Source: Candidatus Kaiserbacteria bacterium
GTDB taxonomy: Bacteria > Patescibacteriota > Minisyncoccia > Phycocordibacterales > UBA918
Reading direction: 5' to 3'
DNA length: 64,000 nt
Assembly (NCBI GenBank): GCA_019634005.1
Contig: JAHQWD010000003.1
Span: 2,525-66,524, forward strand
Shown: in pieces, positions 49,434 through 59,785 of the stretch
How the letters are laid out: each line of letters opens with the position of its first letter
Numbering within the stretch: position 1 is the first letter of the stretch
Translations under genes and position numbers: made by a program
Notes under the pieces: generated by a model
Told to the model about the DNA's origin: nothing
What the model saw: only the letters and a program-made list of their open reading frames with translations
Database searches by the model: none

Positions 49434-51875
49434 ATGGAGGGAAATACACCGCGAGCATTCGCACGTGATCCGCTTGCACACAAATTGCAATCGATTGCAC
49501 ACACAATTTTGGTTATTGTCTTTGGACTATCACCGCTTATCTTTTTACCATTCTCACCGATTGCACCTGGTGCAACAAAGATCCTGGTGGTGATCTTTGG
49601 AATGGCCATTGCACTTGTATTCTTTAGTCTCTCAGTACTTCGCTCTGGACGACTTGCGTATAGTAAGTCTTACGCATTGTGGGCATTTTGGGGCGTGACT
49701 ATTGTTGCACTTATCTCCGCGCTCTTGTCTGGAGATATTGCTGATTCTTTAGTCGGATCAATGCTTGATGTACATACAGCACTCTTCTTGGTGCTTCTGG
49801 CAATCTCAATGACACTGTGGACGTTCTTTGATGTACGTAAGGATTCCATTATGCGTCTCTTTGTCCTGATTGTTGCATCGACCTTCATTCTTTTGCTCTT
49901 CCACTTTGCACGACTCCTCTTTGGAGCAGATTTCCTCTCACTCGGGGTGTTTGCAGATGCAACAGCGTCTCCAATTGGCTCATGGAACGATCTTGCTCTC
50001 TTCTTGGGGCTTATCATTCTCGTAGGATTGGTCACGCTTGAGCAATTGCCGCTTACAAAATGGGGGCGTATTGTTTTTGGGCTTGTAGTCGCGGCATCGC
50101 TCATCATGTTGATGATTATCAACTTCTACTTTGTCTGGGTAGTACTTGGTCTCGTGAGCCTCATCCTCATTGTGTACTCACACGGACGAAGTCGTTTTGT
50201 TGCGATGCAAGAAGGAGGGGAAGTGGGGAATCAGTCACTCCTTGCGGTGTCCGTACCAGTTGTAGTGTTCCTTATCTCAGTACTCTTTATGTTCGCGGGA
50301 GGTGCTATTGGTGGCGCAATCTCTGATAAGACAGGCGTCTCGTATCTTGAGGTTCGTCCATCGTTCCAAGCGACTGCTGATATCGCACGCGGTGTCTATG
50401 CGGATAACGCACTACTGGGTGTTGGTCCAAATCGCTTTGCTGATGCATGGCGTACACACAAGGACGTGTCTATTGGGAACACACAGTTCTGGAGTGTTGA
50501 CTTCCAGTCTGGAAATGGATACATCCCAACCTTCTTCGTGACCACAGGTGCGCTTGGAGGTATCGCGTGGATTGTCTTCTTGATTACCTTTGCGTATTCA
50601 AGTATCCGCACACTGCTCTACGCACAAGGACAGGACAAGATGTGGTACTTCATGATGACCTCGTCATTCGTAGCGGCCTTCTACATCTGGGGCATGTCAC
50701 TTCTCTATGTGCCGAACGTAAGTGTGCTGTTACTTGCAGCACTCTTTACGGGGATCACCTTCCTTTCACAGAGTATGCTTCAGCCGCAGCGTATGCGTAC
50801 CCTTGTCGTTGGTTCTGATAAGCGAAGTAGTTTCATCCTTACCTTTGTGGTCATGATCGTCATCGTGGTTGCAGTTGGCTCAATGTACAATATTGGACGC
50901 AGGTATTATTCAATCAACCTCTTTGGGCAGAGCGCGCGTCTCACGCAGACAGAGACATCACTTGATGTTATTGAACAGAAGCTGGTGAGTGCATTTGATG
51001 TTTCTCCAAATGATCTCTACGCTCGACGTCTTGCGGAGTATCAACTTGCCCGTATGCAGGTGTTTGCAAGTACTGCAGATCTCACGGAGCTTCAGCAACA
51101 ACAATTCCAGACTGCCATTGCAAATGGAATTAATGCGGGGCAACTTGCGATTGAGCGTGATGAGTCTGATCCACAGAACTGGGCAATACTCGGGCGTATC
51201 TATGGGCTTCTTGCAGGACTTGAGGTGGAAGGTGCCTATGATAGATCAAAGGCACACTTTGATCAGGCACGAGCACTTGATCCAAAGAACCCACTTCGAC
51301 CGCTTGAGCTTGCACAGCTCTCTGCACAGACAGGGGACATAGAAGGGGCTCGGACGTTGATCGACGAAGCAATTGAACTGAAGGCAAACTACAGTGATGC
51401 ATTCTTCCTCCTCTCACAGATTGATATTGCTGAGGGAGACGTGCAAAGTGCTGTTGATGCGACGCGTTCAATTATCTCCTTTGAGCCTCAGAATCCAACG
51501 CGGTACTACCAATTAGGACTCCTCGAGATTTCCAGACAAGGTTGGACCGCAGCGGGACAAGCATTCGCTGAAGCGATACGTCTCAATCCAGAATACTCTA
51601 ACGCGCGATATTTCCTTGGCTTGATGTATAGCCAACTTGGCGATACGGAGAATGCCTTACTCCAGATGCAGGAAGTGTTGGATCGGAATCCTGATAACGA
51701 ACTCGTTCTCTCACATATTGAAGAACTCGAGCGTACAGGAGTGATCACCTCTGTGGATCTCGGAGGACAGCAGGTGGTACAGGGTGAAGAGGGGGTCACA
51801 CAGTCTGGTGGTAGTGTCACCTCAGACTCTGCGCCTGATACACCACTCGTGACACCAGTTAACACTCCAGAATAG
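49434..51875 (+). CDS. Polytopic membrane protein (O-antigen ligase-like) with C-terminal TPRs
   Basis: About 12 TMs, LLGVGPNRF, G.LG motif, TPR repeats. Confidence 0.8.
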   Translation: MEGNTPRAFARDPLAHKLQSIAHTILVIVFGLSPLIFLPFSPIAPGATKILVVIFGMAIALVFFSLSVLRSGRLAYSKSYALWAFWGVTIVALISALLSGDIADSLVGSMLDVHTALFLVLLAISMTLWTFFDVRKDSIMRLFVLIVASTFILLLFHFARLLFGADFLSLGVFADATASPIGSWNDLALFLGLIILVGLVTLEQLPLTKWGRIVFGLVVAASLIMLMIINFYFVWVVLGLVSLILIVYSHGRSRFVAMQEGGEVGNQSLLAVSVPVVVFLISVLFMFAGGAIGGAISDKTGVSYLEVRPSFQATADIARGVYADNALLGVGPNRFADAWRTHKDVSIGNTQFWSVDFQSGNGYIPTFFVTTGALGGIAWIVFLITFAYSSIRTLLYAQGQDKMWYFMMTSSFVAAFYIWGMSLLYVPNVSVLLLAALFTGITFLSQSMLQPQRMRTLVVGSDKRSSFILTFVVMIVIVVAVGSMYNIGRRYYSINLFGQSARLTQTETSLDVIEQKLVSAFDVSPNDLYARRLAEYQLARMQVFASTADLTELQQQQFQTAIANGINAGQLAIERDESDPQNWAILGRIYGLLAGLEVEGAYDRSKAHFDQARALDPKNPLRPLELAQLSAQTGDIEGARTLIDEAIELKANYSDAFFLLSQIDIAEGDVQSAVDATRSIISFEPQNPTRYYQLGLLEISRQGWTAAGQAFAEAIRLNPEYSNARYFLGLMYSQLGDTENALLQMQEVLDRNPDNELVLSHIEELERTGVITSVDLGGQQVVQGEEGVTQSGGSVTSDSAPDTPLVTPVNTPE

Positions 51876-51878
51876 CGC

Positions 51879-53528
51879 ATGGTGCGACGGGTACTGAATG
51901 CAGTATACAAAGAAGTTCGTGGACTTCATCAGGCGGCGTACGTCTTGGCCTCATTTGCGGTAGGGTCACAACTCTTAGCATTGATACGTGATCGATTACT
52001 TGCACATCAGTTTGGTGCAGGGGGAGAACTTGATCTCTACTATGCTGCATTTCGTCTCCCTGACATTCTTTACGTACTCTTTGCGTCAACACTCTCTGTC
52101 TACGTACTAATCCCGTTTGTTGCCAAGGCAAAAGAAGAAGGGCGGAGGATAATGAGTGAGGTGTTCACATTCTTCTGTATCGCGTATGCAATTCTTGCAG
52201 TTGTCCTTGGTATCTTTGCACCTCAGTTGGTAGCCATACTATTCCCAGGATTTGCTGACTCAGAAACATTAGTGCTTCTGATTCGTATTCTGCTGTTACA
52301 GCCATTTTTCCTTGGGCTCTCAAGTCTCTTTGGGGTCATTACCCAGATGGGGCATCGGTTTGTGCTCTATGCACTCTCTCCGCTCATCTACAATATAGGG
52401 ATTATCATCGGTGTACTTTTCTTTTACCCGATATATGGACTCCAAGGACTTGTCTTTGGAGTCGTGCTTGGGGCGTTGGGGCATGCCGCAATCCAACTTC
52501 CTTTTGTATTTCAAAGTGATATTCGTCCACGGTTGGTGGGGACATCAGAGAATATTGGGAAGGTGCTCCGTGTATCTGTACCACGCGCACTGACGCTTGC
52601 ACTACATCAATTTGTACTCTTAGGGCTGGTTGGTTTTGCGAGCGTTATGACCGAAGGGTCGGTCGCGGTGCTCCAGTTCGGATTTAACCTCCAGTCCATT
52701 CCACTTGCCATCATTGGGGTGAGTTATTCTGTGGCCGCGTTTCCAATGCTCGCAGGACTGTATGCAGACGGAAAGATGGATGCATTTCGGACGCACATTA
52801 TGACCGCACTGCGGCATATTATCTTTTGGTCTGTGCCCATATTGGCGCTTGTGGTGGTGATCCGTGCACAGCTGGTGCGAGTGATTTTGGGAAGTGGTGC
52901 ATTTTCTTGGGAGGATACCCGCCTCACCGCGGCGGTATTGGCACTCTTTGTGTTCTCGCTCCTTGCACAGGCAATACATCTTCTGGTCGTCCGTGCATTC
53001 TATGCGATCGGGAATACCAAGATTCCGTTTTTGGTCACACTAGGATCGTCGCTCCTTGCAGTTGTGTTTGCATATATTGGGATTGAAACATTTCCAGTGT
53101 TCCAAGAAGGTATCGAGGCGCTCTTCCGTGTAGAAGGGGTGTCTGGTACGGAGGTGCTCATGCTTCCGCTTGCGTATTCTCTTGCACTGATTCTTCATGC
53201 CGTGACACTTCTCCTTTTTGCAGTACGCCGTATAGAGATATCTGGACGTATCATCTTCGCACAGGTGTCTCGTGCGGTGCTTGCAGCGATACTCGCGGGA
53301 CTTTCTGCGTACGCGACGTTGAATGTCGTCGTACATGTATTTGATCAGAACACACTTATGGGAGTATTCCTGCAAGGATTTGTGGCAGGGGTCGTTGGAA
53401 TTGTCGGAGGAGTAATGGGGTACGCACTCCAGAAGAGTCCAGAGTTAGATGAGGTGGTGCGGGCGCTGCATAGTAGGGTGTTTACGTCAAAGGTGGCGGA
53501 ATCTGCGGATGTTGCGCCGAGGGATTAG
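51879..53528 (+). CDS. murJ: Lipid II flippase MurJ
   Basis: SQLLALIRD...FGAG...YYAAFRLPD, RAFYA. Confidence 0.88.
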   Translation: MVRRVLNAVYKEVRGLHQAAYVLASFAVGSQLLALIRDRLLAHQFGAGGELDLYYAAFRLPDILYVLFASTLSVYVLIPFVAKAKEEGRRIMSEVFTFFCIAYAILAVVLGIFAPQLVAILFPGFADSETLVLLIRILLLQPFFLGLSSLFGVITQMGHRFVLYALSPLIYNIGIIIGVLFFYPIYGLQGLVFGVVLGALGHAAIQLPFVFQSDIRPRLVGTSENIGKVLRVSVPRALTLALHQFVLLGLVGFASVMTEGSVAVLQFGFNLQSIPLAIIGVSYSVAAFPMLAGLYADGKMDAFRTHIMTALRHIIFWSVPILALVVVIRAQLVRVILGSGAFSWEDTRLTAAVLALFVFSLLAQAIHLLVVRAFYAIGNTKIPFLVTLGSSLLAVVFAYIGIETFPVFQEGIEALFRVEGVSGTEVLMLPLAYSLALILHAVTLLLFAVRRIEISGRIIFAQVSRAVLAAILAGLSAYATLNVVVHVFDQNTLMGVFLQGFVAGVVGIVGGVMGYALQKSPELDEVVRALHSRVFTSKVAESADVAPRD

Positions 53529-53549
53529 CTCTAGTAGAGTAGTGAGCAC

Positions 53550-55334
53550 ATGAAGCAGATTCGCAATTTTTCTATTATCGCGCACATAGATCACGGGAAG
53601 TCCACTTTGGCTGACCGCATGCTTGAGGCTACCAAGACAGTAGAAGCACGAAAGATGAAAGACCAGGTGCTCGATTCTATGGAATTGGAACGGGAGCGAG
53701 GCATTACCATCAAAATGCAACCTGTCCGCATGACCTACGACCGCGGTGGTGAGATGTATGAACTCAATCTCATTGATACTCCAGGACACATAGACTTTTC
53801 ATATGAGGTGTCACGTGCGCTCAAGGCAGTGGAGGGGGTCCTTCTTTTGGTAGATAGTACCCAAGGTGTGCAGGCACAGACATTGACGACACTTCAGATG
53901 GCGAAGGATCAAGGACTTACCATTATTCCTGTCCTGACTAAAATAGATGCACCGCATGCACGGACTGATGAAGTAGGGGAGGAATTGATGTCGCTTCTGG
54001 ATTGCGCGCGGGAAGATATCATGCTGGTATCTGGAAAGACAGGAGAGGGAGTTGATACGCTCCTTGAGGCAATCTGTGAGCGTATTCCTGCTCCAGAGAA
54101 GAAGAATGCGGGAGAGTTCCGTGGTCTCATCTTCGATTTTCACTATTCTAATCACCGAGGAATCATCGTGTATTTCCGTGTGTTTGAAGGGAGTGTCAAA
54201 AGTGGAGAGAATCTTAAGTTTATTGTTGCTGGGAAGACATTCCAGGCACTTGAAGTCGGCGTACTTTCTCCAGAAGAGCAACCGATGGATATACTCTCTG
54301 AGGGAGAGATTGGGTACATTGTAACGGGAATTAAAGAGCCAGGGATTGCGCGCGTGGGAGACACGCTTGCGCGTACGAATGGTGCAAAAGAAGCGCTTGC
54401 AGGGTATCAGGAGGCACGTCCCGTGGTGTGGGCGTCTGTGTACCCAGAGAGCCAAGATGAGTTCGATATTCTGAGGCAAGCGCTTGATAAATTGAAACTC
54501 TCAGACTCTTCACTCTCGTACGAAGAAGAATCCTCAGGAATACTGGGGCGTGGATTTCGGTGTGGTTTTTTGGGGATGCTTCACCTTGAGATTATCACCG
54601 AGCGTCTCAGACGGGAGTTCAGTATAGAACTCATCATCACTGCGCCGTCTATTGTCTATGAGATAACCAAACAAGATGGTTCGATAGAGGAGGTGTATGC
54701 CGCCTCACGGTTTCCAGACTATGGAGAGAAGGTGACAGTGCGAGAGCCGTGGGTGCTTGCGCAAATTATCATGCCGCCAGAGTACATGGGGTCTACTATG
54801 ACGCTTCTTTATGATCATGAGGGGAATGTACTTGATACGGAGACCTTTAAAGATGGGCGGACGCTTTTGAATATAGAAATGCCCCTTCGTGAACTGATGC
54901 GAAACTTCTTTGATAAGTTAAAGAATGCAACAAGTGGATATGCGTCACTCTCCTATGAGATCGCAGAACTTCGTCCTGCGGACGTTGTTCGGCTAGATAT
55001 CCTTGTTGCAGAAGAGGAAGTACCTGCGTTTGCACGTGTGGTAGGAGTTCGGCGTGTAGAGACTGACGCAAAAGCAATGGTGGAGAAGCTCTACAAGACA
55101 CTCCCACGACAAATGTTTGTGACCAAGATTCAGGCGAAAGCGATGGGACGCATCATCTCTTCACGAACACTGTCTGCGATGAAAAAGGATGTGACCGCAA
55201 AACTCTATGGGGGAGATATTACACGAAAGATGAAGCTTCGGGAGAAGCAGAAGAAAGGAAAGAAAAAGATGCTCGAGCGTGGAAAGGTAAATATTCCACA
55301 GGACGTCTTTATGAAAATGGTGAAATCAGAGTAG
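53550..55334 (+). CDS. lepA: Elongation factor 4
   Basis: IRNFSIIAHIDHGKSTLADR, GFRCGFLGMLH, KLYGGDITRK. Confidence 0.98.
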   Translation: MKQIRNFSIIAHIDHGKSTLADRMLEATKTVEARKMKDQVLDSMELERERGITIKMQPVRMTYDRGGEMYELNLIDTPGHIDFSYEVSRALKAVEGVLLLVDSTQGVQAQTLTTLQMAKDQGLTIIPVLTKIDAPHARTDEVGEELMSLLDCAREDIMLVSGKTGEGVDTLLEAICERIPAPEKKNAGEFRGLIFDFHYSNHRGIIVYFRVFEGSVKSGENLKFIVAGKTFQALEVGVLSPEEQPMDILSEGEIGYIVTGIKEPGIARVGDTLARTNGAKEALAGYQEARPVVWASVYPESQDEFDILRQALDKLKLSDSSLSYEEESSGILGRGFRCGFLGMLHLEIITERLRREFSIELIITAPSIVYEITKQDGSIEEVYAASRFPDYGEKVTVREPWVLAQIIMPPEYMGSTMTLLYDHEGNVLDTETFKDGRTLLNIEMPLRELMRNFFDKLKNATSGYASLSYEIAELRPADVVRLDILVAEEEVPAFARVVGVRRVETDAKAMVEKLYKTLPRQMFVTKIQAKAMGRIISSRTLSAMKKDVTAKLYGGDITRKMKLREKQKKGKKKMLERGKVNIPQDVFMKMVKSE

Positions 55335-55448
55335 GAGTTCTCCGCCGCCAGAGAAGACGAGCACCATACTGAGAATAATGATAAGTGCCACAACCATCCA
55401 GACTGCTTTAAATGCTTTTTTTGCTCGCTTATCAAAGAGAAGACTCAT
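55326..55448 (-). CDS. 40-aa single-pass membrane peptide
   Basis: Basic N-terminus plus TM; TGgTACTAT upstream. Confidence 0.5.
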   Translation of the reverse strand: MSLLFDKRAKKAFKAVWMVVALIIILSMVLVFSGGGELLL

Positions 55449-55467
55449 AGTGCTACAATAGTACCAC

Positions 55468-55857
55468 ATGTTTGATTTCCATGAAAAACGGAAAATACGA
55501 AGTTGGTTGTATTCTAAGACAACTATCGTCATTCTTTTTATTCTTGCGATCCTACTCTCATTCAGTGTCTACGAACGATTTGTGGTAGAGCGGAAGGTGG
55601 CCGAAAAGCGGGCAGAACGGGAGGGAGATCTTCTCCGTCTAGAAGAGCGTGCGGCAGCGCTTGAGGAGAACATAGAACATCTTGAGAGTGATCGAGGGCT
55701 TGAGGAAGAGTTGCGAAGTCGATTTGATGTCGCAAAAGAAGGAGAGCGGGTCATTATTATTGTTGATTCTGACGAAGAAAATGTTACAAAAACACTCCCT
55801 AGTTCGCGGAAAGAACATAAGCGATCTTTCATTGATCGGCTCAAATTTTGGGAATAG
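55468..55857 (+). CDS. Septum formation initiator (FtsB/DivIC-like)
   Basis: TM, coiled coil, EEELR..F..KEGE motif. Confidence 0.75.
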   Translation: MFDFHEKRKIRSWLYSKTTIVILFILAILLSFSVYERFVVERKVAEKRAEREGDLLRLEERAAALEENIEHLESDRGLEEELRSRFDVAKEGERVIIIVDSDEENVTKTLPSSRKEHKRSFIDRLKFWE

Positions 55858-55907
55858 AGGAGAGTGCGGTATACTGTCCCTAACTTACAATTAGTTTACA
55901 TAACATC

Positions 55908-56141
55908 ATGGAACAAGTAACGATTTACACAACACCGACCTGCCATTTTTGCCACGCAGCGAAGGACTTCTTTAAAGAGAACGATGTAGCATTTGAAGAA
56001 CACGATGTGGCTGCTGACCAAGAAAAGCGTCAGGAAATGATTGAGATGACTGGACAGATGGGGGTGCCAGTGATCAAGATTGGTAACGATGTCGTTATTG
56101 GTTTCGATGAAGGAAAAGTAAAGGAACTGCTCAAGATCTAA
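55908..56141 (+). CDS. Glutaredoxin-like (NrdH-type) protein
   Basis: YTTPTCHFC, GVPVI, GFD. Confidence 0.9.
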   Translation: MEQVTIYTTPTCHFCHAAKDFFKENDVAFEEHDVAADQEKRQEMIEMTGQMGVPVIKIGNDVVIGFDEGKVKELLKI

Positions 56142-56197
56142 GTATTCTTCCCGGAAGGAGGTATGAAAAAAGCGCTGTGGTAGCGCTTTTTTCTTTG

Positions 56198-56269
56198 TGC
56201 CCCCACCAGGAGTTGAACCTAGATCCTCGCGTTAGGAGTGCGATGTTCTATCCATTGAACTACAGGGGC
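56198..56269 (-). tRNA. tRNA-Arg (CCU)
   Basis: Reverse complement GCCCCTG...TCGCA-CTCCTAA-CGCGA...GGTTCAACTCC...TGGGGGC. Confidence 0.9.
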
Positions 56270-56331
56270 GTGCGTTTTACTCTAGCATAATATCCCTTTA
56301 ATTTTAAAGATATTCTGCTATAATCCTTCCT

Positions 56332-56631
56332 ATGCCTCGAGAGGAGGAACACATTGAAATGAAGAGACTGCTGGAAGAAAATAATCGGCTTGTCTCAGAT
56401 AACAATAAACTGCTCAAGAAGATGCATCGCAATGAGATGATCAGCCTTTGGCTTCGTATCATCTGGTATGCAGTCTTGATTGGTATTCCGTTTGCGCTCT
56501 ACATTTACGTGCTTGAGCCGTATTTTGACGCATTTGGATCTTCATACGAAACCTTTGTAGAAGGAATTGAAGAACTTCCTGGACTTAAAGGACTCGGTGA
56601 AGCATTGGGTGGTAAAAACGTCCTTGAATAA
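56332..56631 (+). CDS. Hypothetical membrane protein
   Basis: Coiled coil (EENN..L..M.R) plus TM. Confidence 0.7.
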   Translation: MPREEEHIEMKRLLEENNRLVSDNNKLLKKMHRNEMISLWLRIIWYAVLIGIPFALYIYVLEPYFDAFGSSYETFVEGIEELPGLKGLGEALGGKNVLE

Positions 56632-56634
56632 CAC

Positions 56635-56710
56635 GCTTGGGTAGCTCAGTTGGTAGAGCATTCGCCTGAAGAGCGAAGGGTCAGCAGTTCGAGCCTGCTC
56701 CCAAGCACCA
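56635..56710 (+). tRNA. tRNA-Phe (GAA)
   Basis: GCTTGGG/CCCAAGC, TTCGC-CTGAAGA-GCGAA, encoded CCA. Confidence 0.95.
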
Positions 56711-56803
56711 TGATAAAAAACTCCCGTGGGGGAGTTTTTTATTTTGACTTTCCCATACTAAAATGATATTTTCGAATCATCATGATCCTTGAGGAGAAAA
56801 TGA

Positions 56804-57100
56804 ATGCCGCACGTAGCTGTCCAAAAATGGGCTGAAGGGGAGGAAATTTTTTCTCTCCACCTTACGCCGAAAGACGTACGGGAGTTTCCCCGCTTCTTTA
56901 TGGCTGAAGCGACAAAGAATGAGAGGAGTTATTCCTATCAAGTCGACGGAGTAGCTGTTGTCTACGGGATTTCTACCGCTGTCTTTGACGAGATCAAGAA
57001 GCAGCTTGAACAACAAACTGATCAGAAGCTTGGGGTGTGGGCAAAAAACATCCCTGAAACGGCAGAAAGGATTGGCATTGACGGACTTGTACAATGGTGA
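56804..57100 (+). CDS. Hypothetical 98-aa protein
   Basis: GAGGAG SD, downstream hairpin terminator. Confidence 0.55.
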   Translation: MPHVAVQKWAEGEEIFSLHLTPKDVREFPRFFMAEATKNERSYSYQVDGVAVVYGISTAVFDEIKKQLEQQTDQKLGVWAKNIPETAERIGIDGLVQW

Positions 57101-57150
57101 AAACAAAAAGCCCGAACGCATACCGTGCGTTCGGGCTCCTGTTTTTTAAT

Positions 57151-57645
57151 CTATTTCCCAACCTTCACGTTCAGTTTTGTTGCTCGGTCTTTATCTATAC
57201 GGGGAAGAGAGATCTCAAGGAGTCCGTGTTTTTCCTGTGCCTCTGCTTCATCAATTACAATTTCGTCTGGAAGAAGGATCGTGCGAGAAAATGATCCCCA
57301 GAATAGCTCACGATGGAAGTATTTATCATCAGGCACTTCCTGCATTTCTTCACGCTGCCCTTTGATGGTCACCATATCGCGCGTAATTGCGATGTCAAGA
57401 TCACTCGGCTTTACCCCTGCGACAAGCGCTCGTATAACAATAGCGTCGTCTGTCTGGAACATATCGATAGGGAGTTCCCCCTCAGCCTCTTCTTCTTGTG
57501 CAGGAGTTTCATCCCACTCATCACCAGATTCCATCTCTGGTTCACTGAACTCTTCTTCTTGGTACATCTCGTCAGTCTCAAATTCGTCCGCGTCGTAAGA
57601 GTCGGTACCGGTGAGTCGTTCAAGGAATGATGGTTTTTTAATCAT
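57151..57645 (-). CDS. Hsp20/alpha-crystallin small heat-shock protein
   Basis: PIDMFQT, RELFWGSFSRTILLP, HGLLEI.LP. Confidence 0.92.
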   Translation of the reverse strand: MIKKPSFLERLTGTDSYDADEFETDEMYQEEEFSEPEMESGDEWDETPAQEEEAEGELPIDMFQTDDAIVIRALVAGVKPSDLDIAITRDMVTIKGQREEMQEVPDDKYFHRELFWGSFSRTILLPDEIVIDEAEAQEKHGLLEISLPRIDKDRATKLNVKVGK

Positions 57646-58337
57646 AGTGTTTTATTGTGGTTTCGCTGTAAGAGTTTAACTTTTTCAAAGGCGAAAAAGA
57701 GGATAATAATGCCAAGCCAGACGAAGAGGAACACGTTAAGCAGTGCACCTCCACTTGACTTAATTATAAAAAAGTTAAATATAGCGTGCAATACTATGGC
57801 AATGAATAACCCAAGTGTTGCGAAAAGGATCTTCATTGCATCTTTTTTGTAATACGCGAGTGCCATAGCAACACCAATCGTTCCAGAGGAGAGTACATGA
57901 AGAAGGGTTGCACCAAGAAAACGGAAGTTTCCTGTGAGTAAAAAGTCCGAGATGTCACCTGCAGATATTGGAGTAAAGATAAAAAGAGCATTCTCTAATG
58001 CAGAAAAACCAAGTGCAATAGTGATCATGTAGATGATGTAATCAATTGGTTCATCAACATGGCAATGCCACAGAACAACAACAAGTGCACCTCCGTACTT
58101 AAGCACCTCTTCTATAACCACCCAAGCAAAAATAGAAGTTGTTTCAGAAAACTGTGCATTTGCGTACCATTGAAGAAATAGAGCAACGGGTACGAGAAGC
58201 ATACCTGCTACAAAAGTTCGAATCACCAATCTTCGCGGTTCTGGGTGTAGTTTATCTTCTCGCAACCAAAACCACAGCCAAAAGAAGGCAGGTATTACAC
58301 CTCCTAAAAATGCCCACACAAGAGGCGGTAGTGTCAT
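57642..58337 (-). CDS. prsW: PrsW-family intramembrane protease
   Basis: IEEVLK, GFSALEN, LLH, LHAIFN. Confidence 0.88.
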   Translation of the reverse strand: MTLPPLVWAFLGGVIPAFFWLWFWLREDKLHPEPRRLVIRTFVAGMLLVPVALFLQWYANAQFSETTSIFAWVVIEEVLKYGGALVVVLWHCHVDEPIDYIIYMITIALGFSALENALFIFTPISAGDISDFLLTGNFRFLGATLLHVLSSGTIGVAMALAYYKKDAMKILFATLGLFIAIVLHAIFNFFIIKSSGGALLNVFLFVWLGIIILFFAFEKVKLLQRNHNKTL

Positions 58338-58462
58338 GGGTGTAGTATAGCATCGGAAGAGGGAATTCTATTAAAATATTCAGCTTGCTTGTATTCTTGA
58401 TATAATGAGTCATACGTTGTATATTTCGTCTGGATTCAAAAAACCAACAGAAGGTAAAGACA

Positions 58463-59188
58463 ATGGGACTTCTTATTTCAGAACGATTGATTGTTGCCGC
58501 TGACTTTGATTGTCAAAGTCGGTGTGAGCTGAAACAGCAGGTACTAAGGTTTGCGGATAGTATTGCCGATACCGGCGTCATCATCAAGGTCAACTTCGCA
58601 CTGCGCGCCTGCGGGTATGACCTCATCGATGAGCTCAAAAGCCGCGGTCTTAAGGTTTTCGCAGACCTTAAGCTCACGGACATCAGTGCTACTTTGCAGA
58701 AGGATGGATATCTTCTGCGTGAAGCAGCTCCAGAACTCCTTACGGTGATGTGTGCCAATAGCCAGAAGGCGCTTCGGGCTCTCAAGGGAGAGTTGCCGTA
58801 TACGGAGGTCTTGGGCGTGACGGTCCTGACGGAGTTCACCGAGGCAGAGGTCGATGGTATATATAAGACCTCTGTCGAAGATGCTGTCGTGCAGTTTGCA
58901 CGAACCGCATTCACGACAAACCTTGACGGGCTGATCTCAGCTCCAAAAGAGGTGAATCATCTCCGCGCAATCTTCGGAAAAAAACTGACGCTGAACACAC
59001 CTGCTATTCGTCCCGCATGGGCGACGGTCAAAGGCGACGATCAGAACCTCAAGCGGTCCATGACACCCGTAGAGGCGATTGCTGCTGGCGCTGATCGGCT
59101 GGTGGTTGGTCGACCCATTACGGGTGCTGACAAACCGCTTGATGCGGTAATGCGGACGCTTGAGGAGATTGAAAAGGCGACCAGCTAG
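58463..59188 (+). CDS. pyrF: Orotidine-5'-phosphate decarboxylase
   Basis: LIVAAD, FADLKLTDI, GVTVLT, TPAIRP, DDQ, VVGRPIT. Confidence 0.9.
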   Translation: MGLLISERLIVAADFDCQSRCELKQQVLRFADSIADTGVIIKVNFALRACGYDLIDELKSRGLKVFADLKLTDISATLQKDGYLLREAAPELLTVMCANSQKALRALKGELPYTEVLGVTVLTEFTEAEVDGIYKTSVEDAVVQFARTAFTTNLDGLISAPKEVNHLRAIFGKKLTLNTPAIRPAWATVKGDDQNLKRSMTPVEAIAAGADRLVVGRPITGADKPLDAVMRTLEEIEKATS

Positions 59189-59322
59189 CAGACTTTCTGT
59201 GTCAGAAAAAGGTACCCTGTATTGCATAGAGCGATACAGGGTATTTTCTCTATTCACGGTTTTTTGACAAAAAACCGTGAATGGAAACATCAAAATCCCG
59301 TAGGTATGTTAAGTTTAATAGT

Positions 59323-59748
59323 ATGGAAGACATCTTATTACCCATTCACCTCACAACACTCGCACTACTGTTTCTTGTAGTCCTGTACACAGATCATCTC
59401 GGTTTTTCTTGGTTACGTGGCAAACAGGAGACACTCCCGAAAAGGAAGATGAACATTCTGCACCAGGTTGTGTGGGCAGGACTTATCATTATTATCATCT
59501 CAGGTGCGTTTATGGCGTTTCCGCTCAGAGACTATCTTTTCTATACGCCAGCATTTTATTTCAAGATGTTCTTTGTACTGGCGTTAGTCATTAACGCATT
59601 TTTCATCGGACGCATACTCCATGTTGCTAGCGAGAGACCATACGCGTCTCTTACAAGAGTAGAAAAGACGCCACTCTTTGTCAGTGGAGTTGTCTCAACA
59701 GCCAGTTGGACAGGTGCAGTTATTTCAGCACTCCTCATGGGTCTTTGA
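59323..59748 (+). CDS. Hypothetical four-TM protein
   Basis: Hydrophobic helices, F.FKM..V..L.IN motif. Confidence 0.7.
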   Translation: MEDILLPIHLTTLALLFLVVLYTDHLGFSWLRGKQETLPKRKMNILHQVVWAGLIIIIISGAFMAFPLRDYLFYTPAFYFKMFFVLALVINAFFIGRILHVASERPYASLTRVEKTPLFVSGVVSTASWTGAVISALLMGL

Positions 59749-59785
59749 TATACTTGAGGTATATACACTAATCAGATTATTGTTC

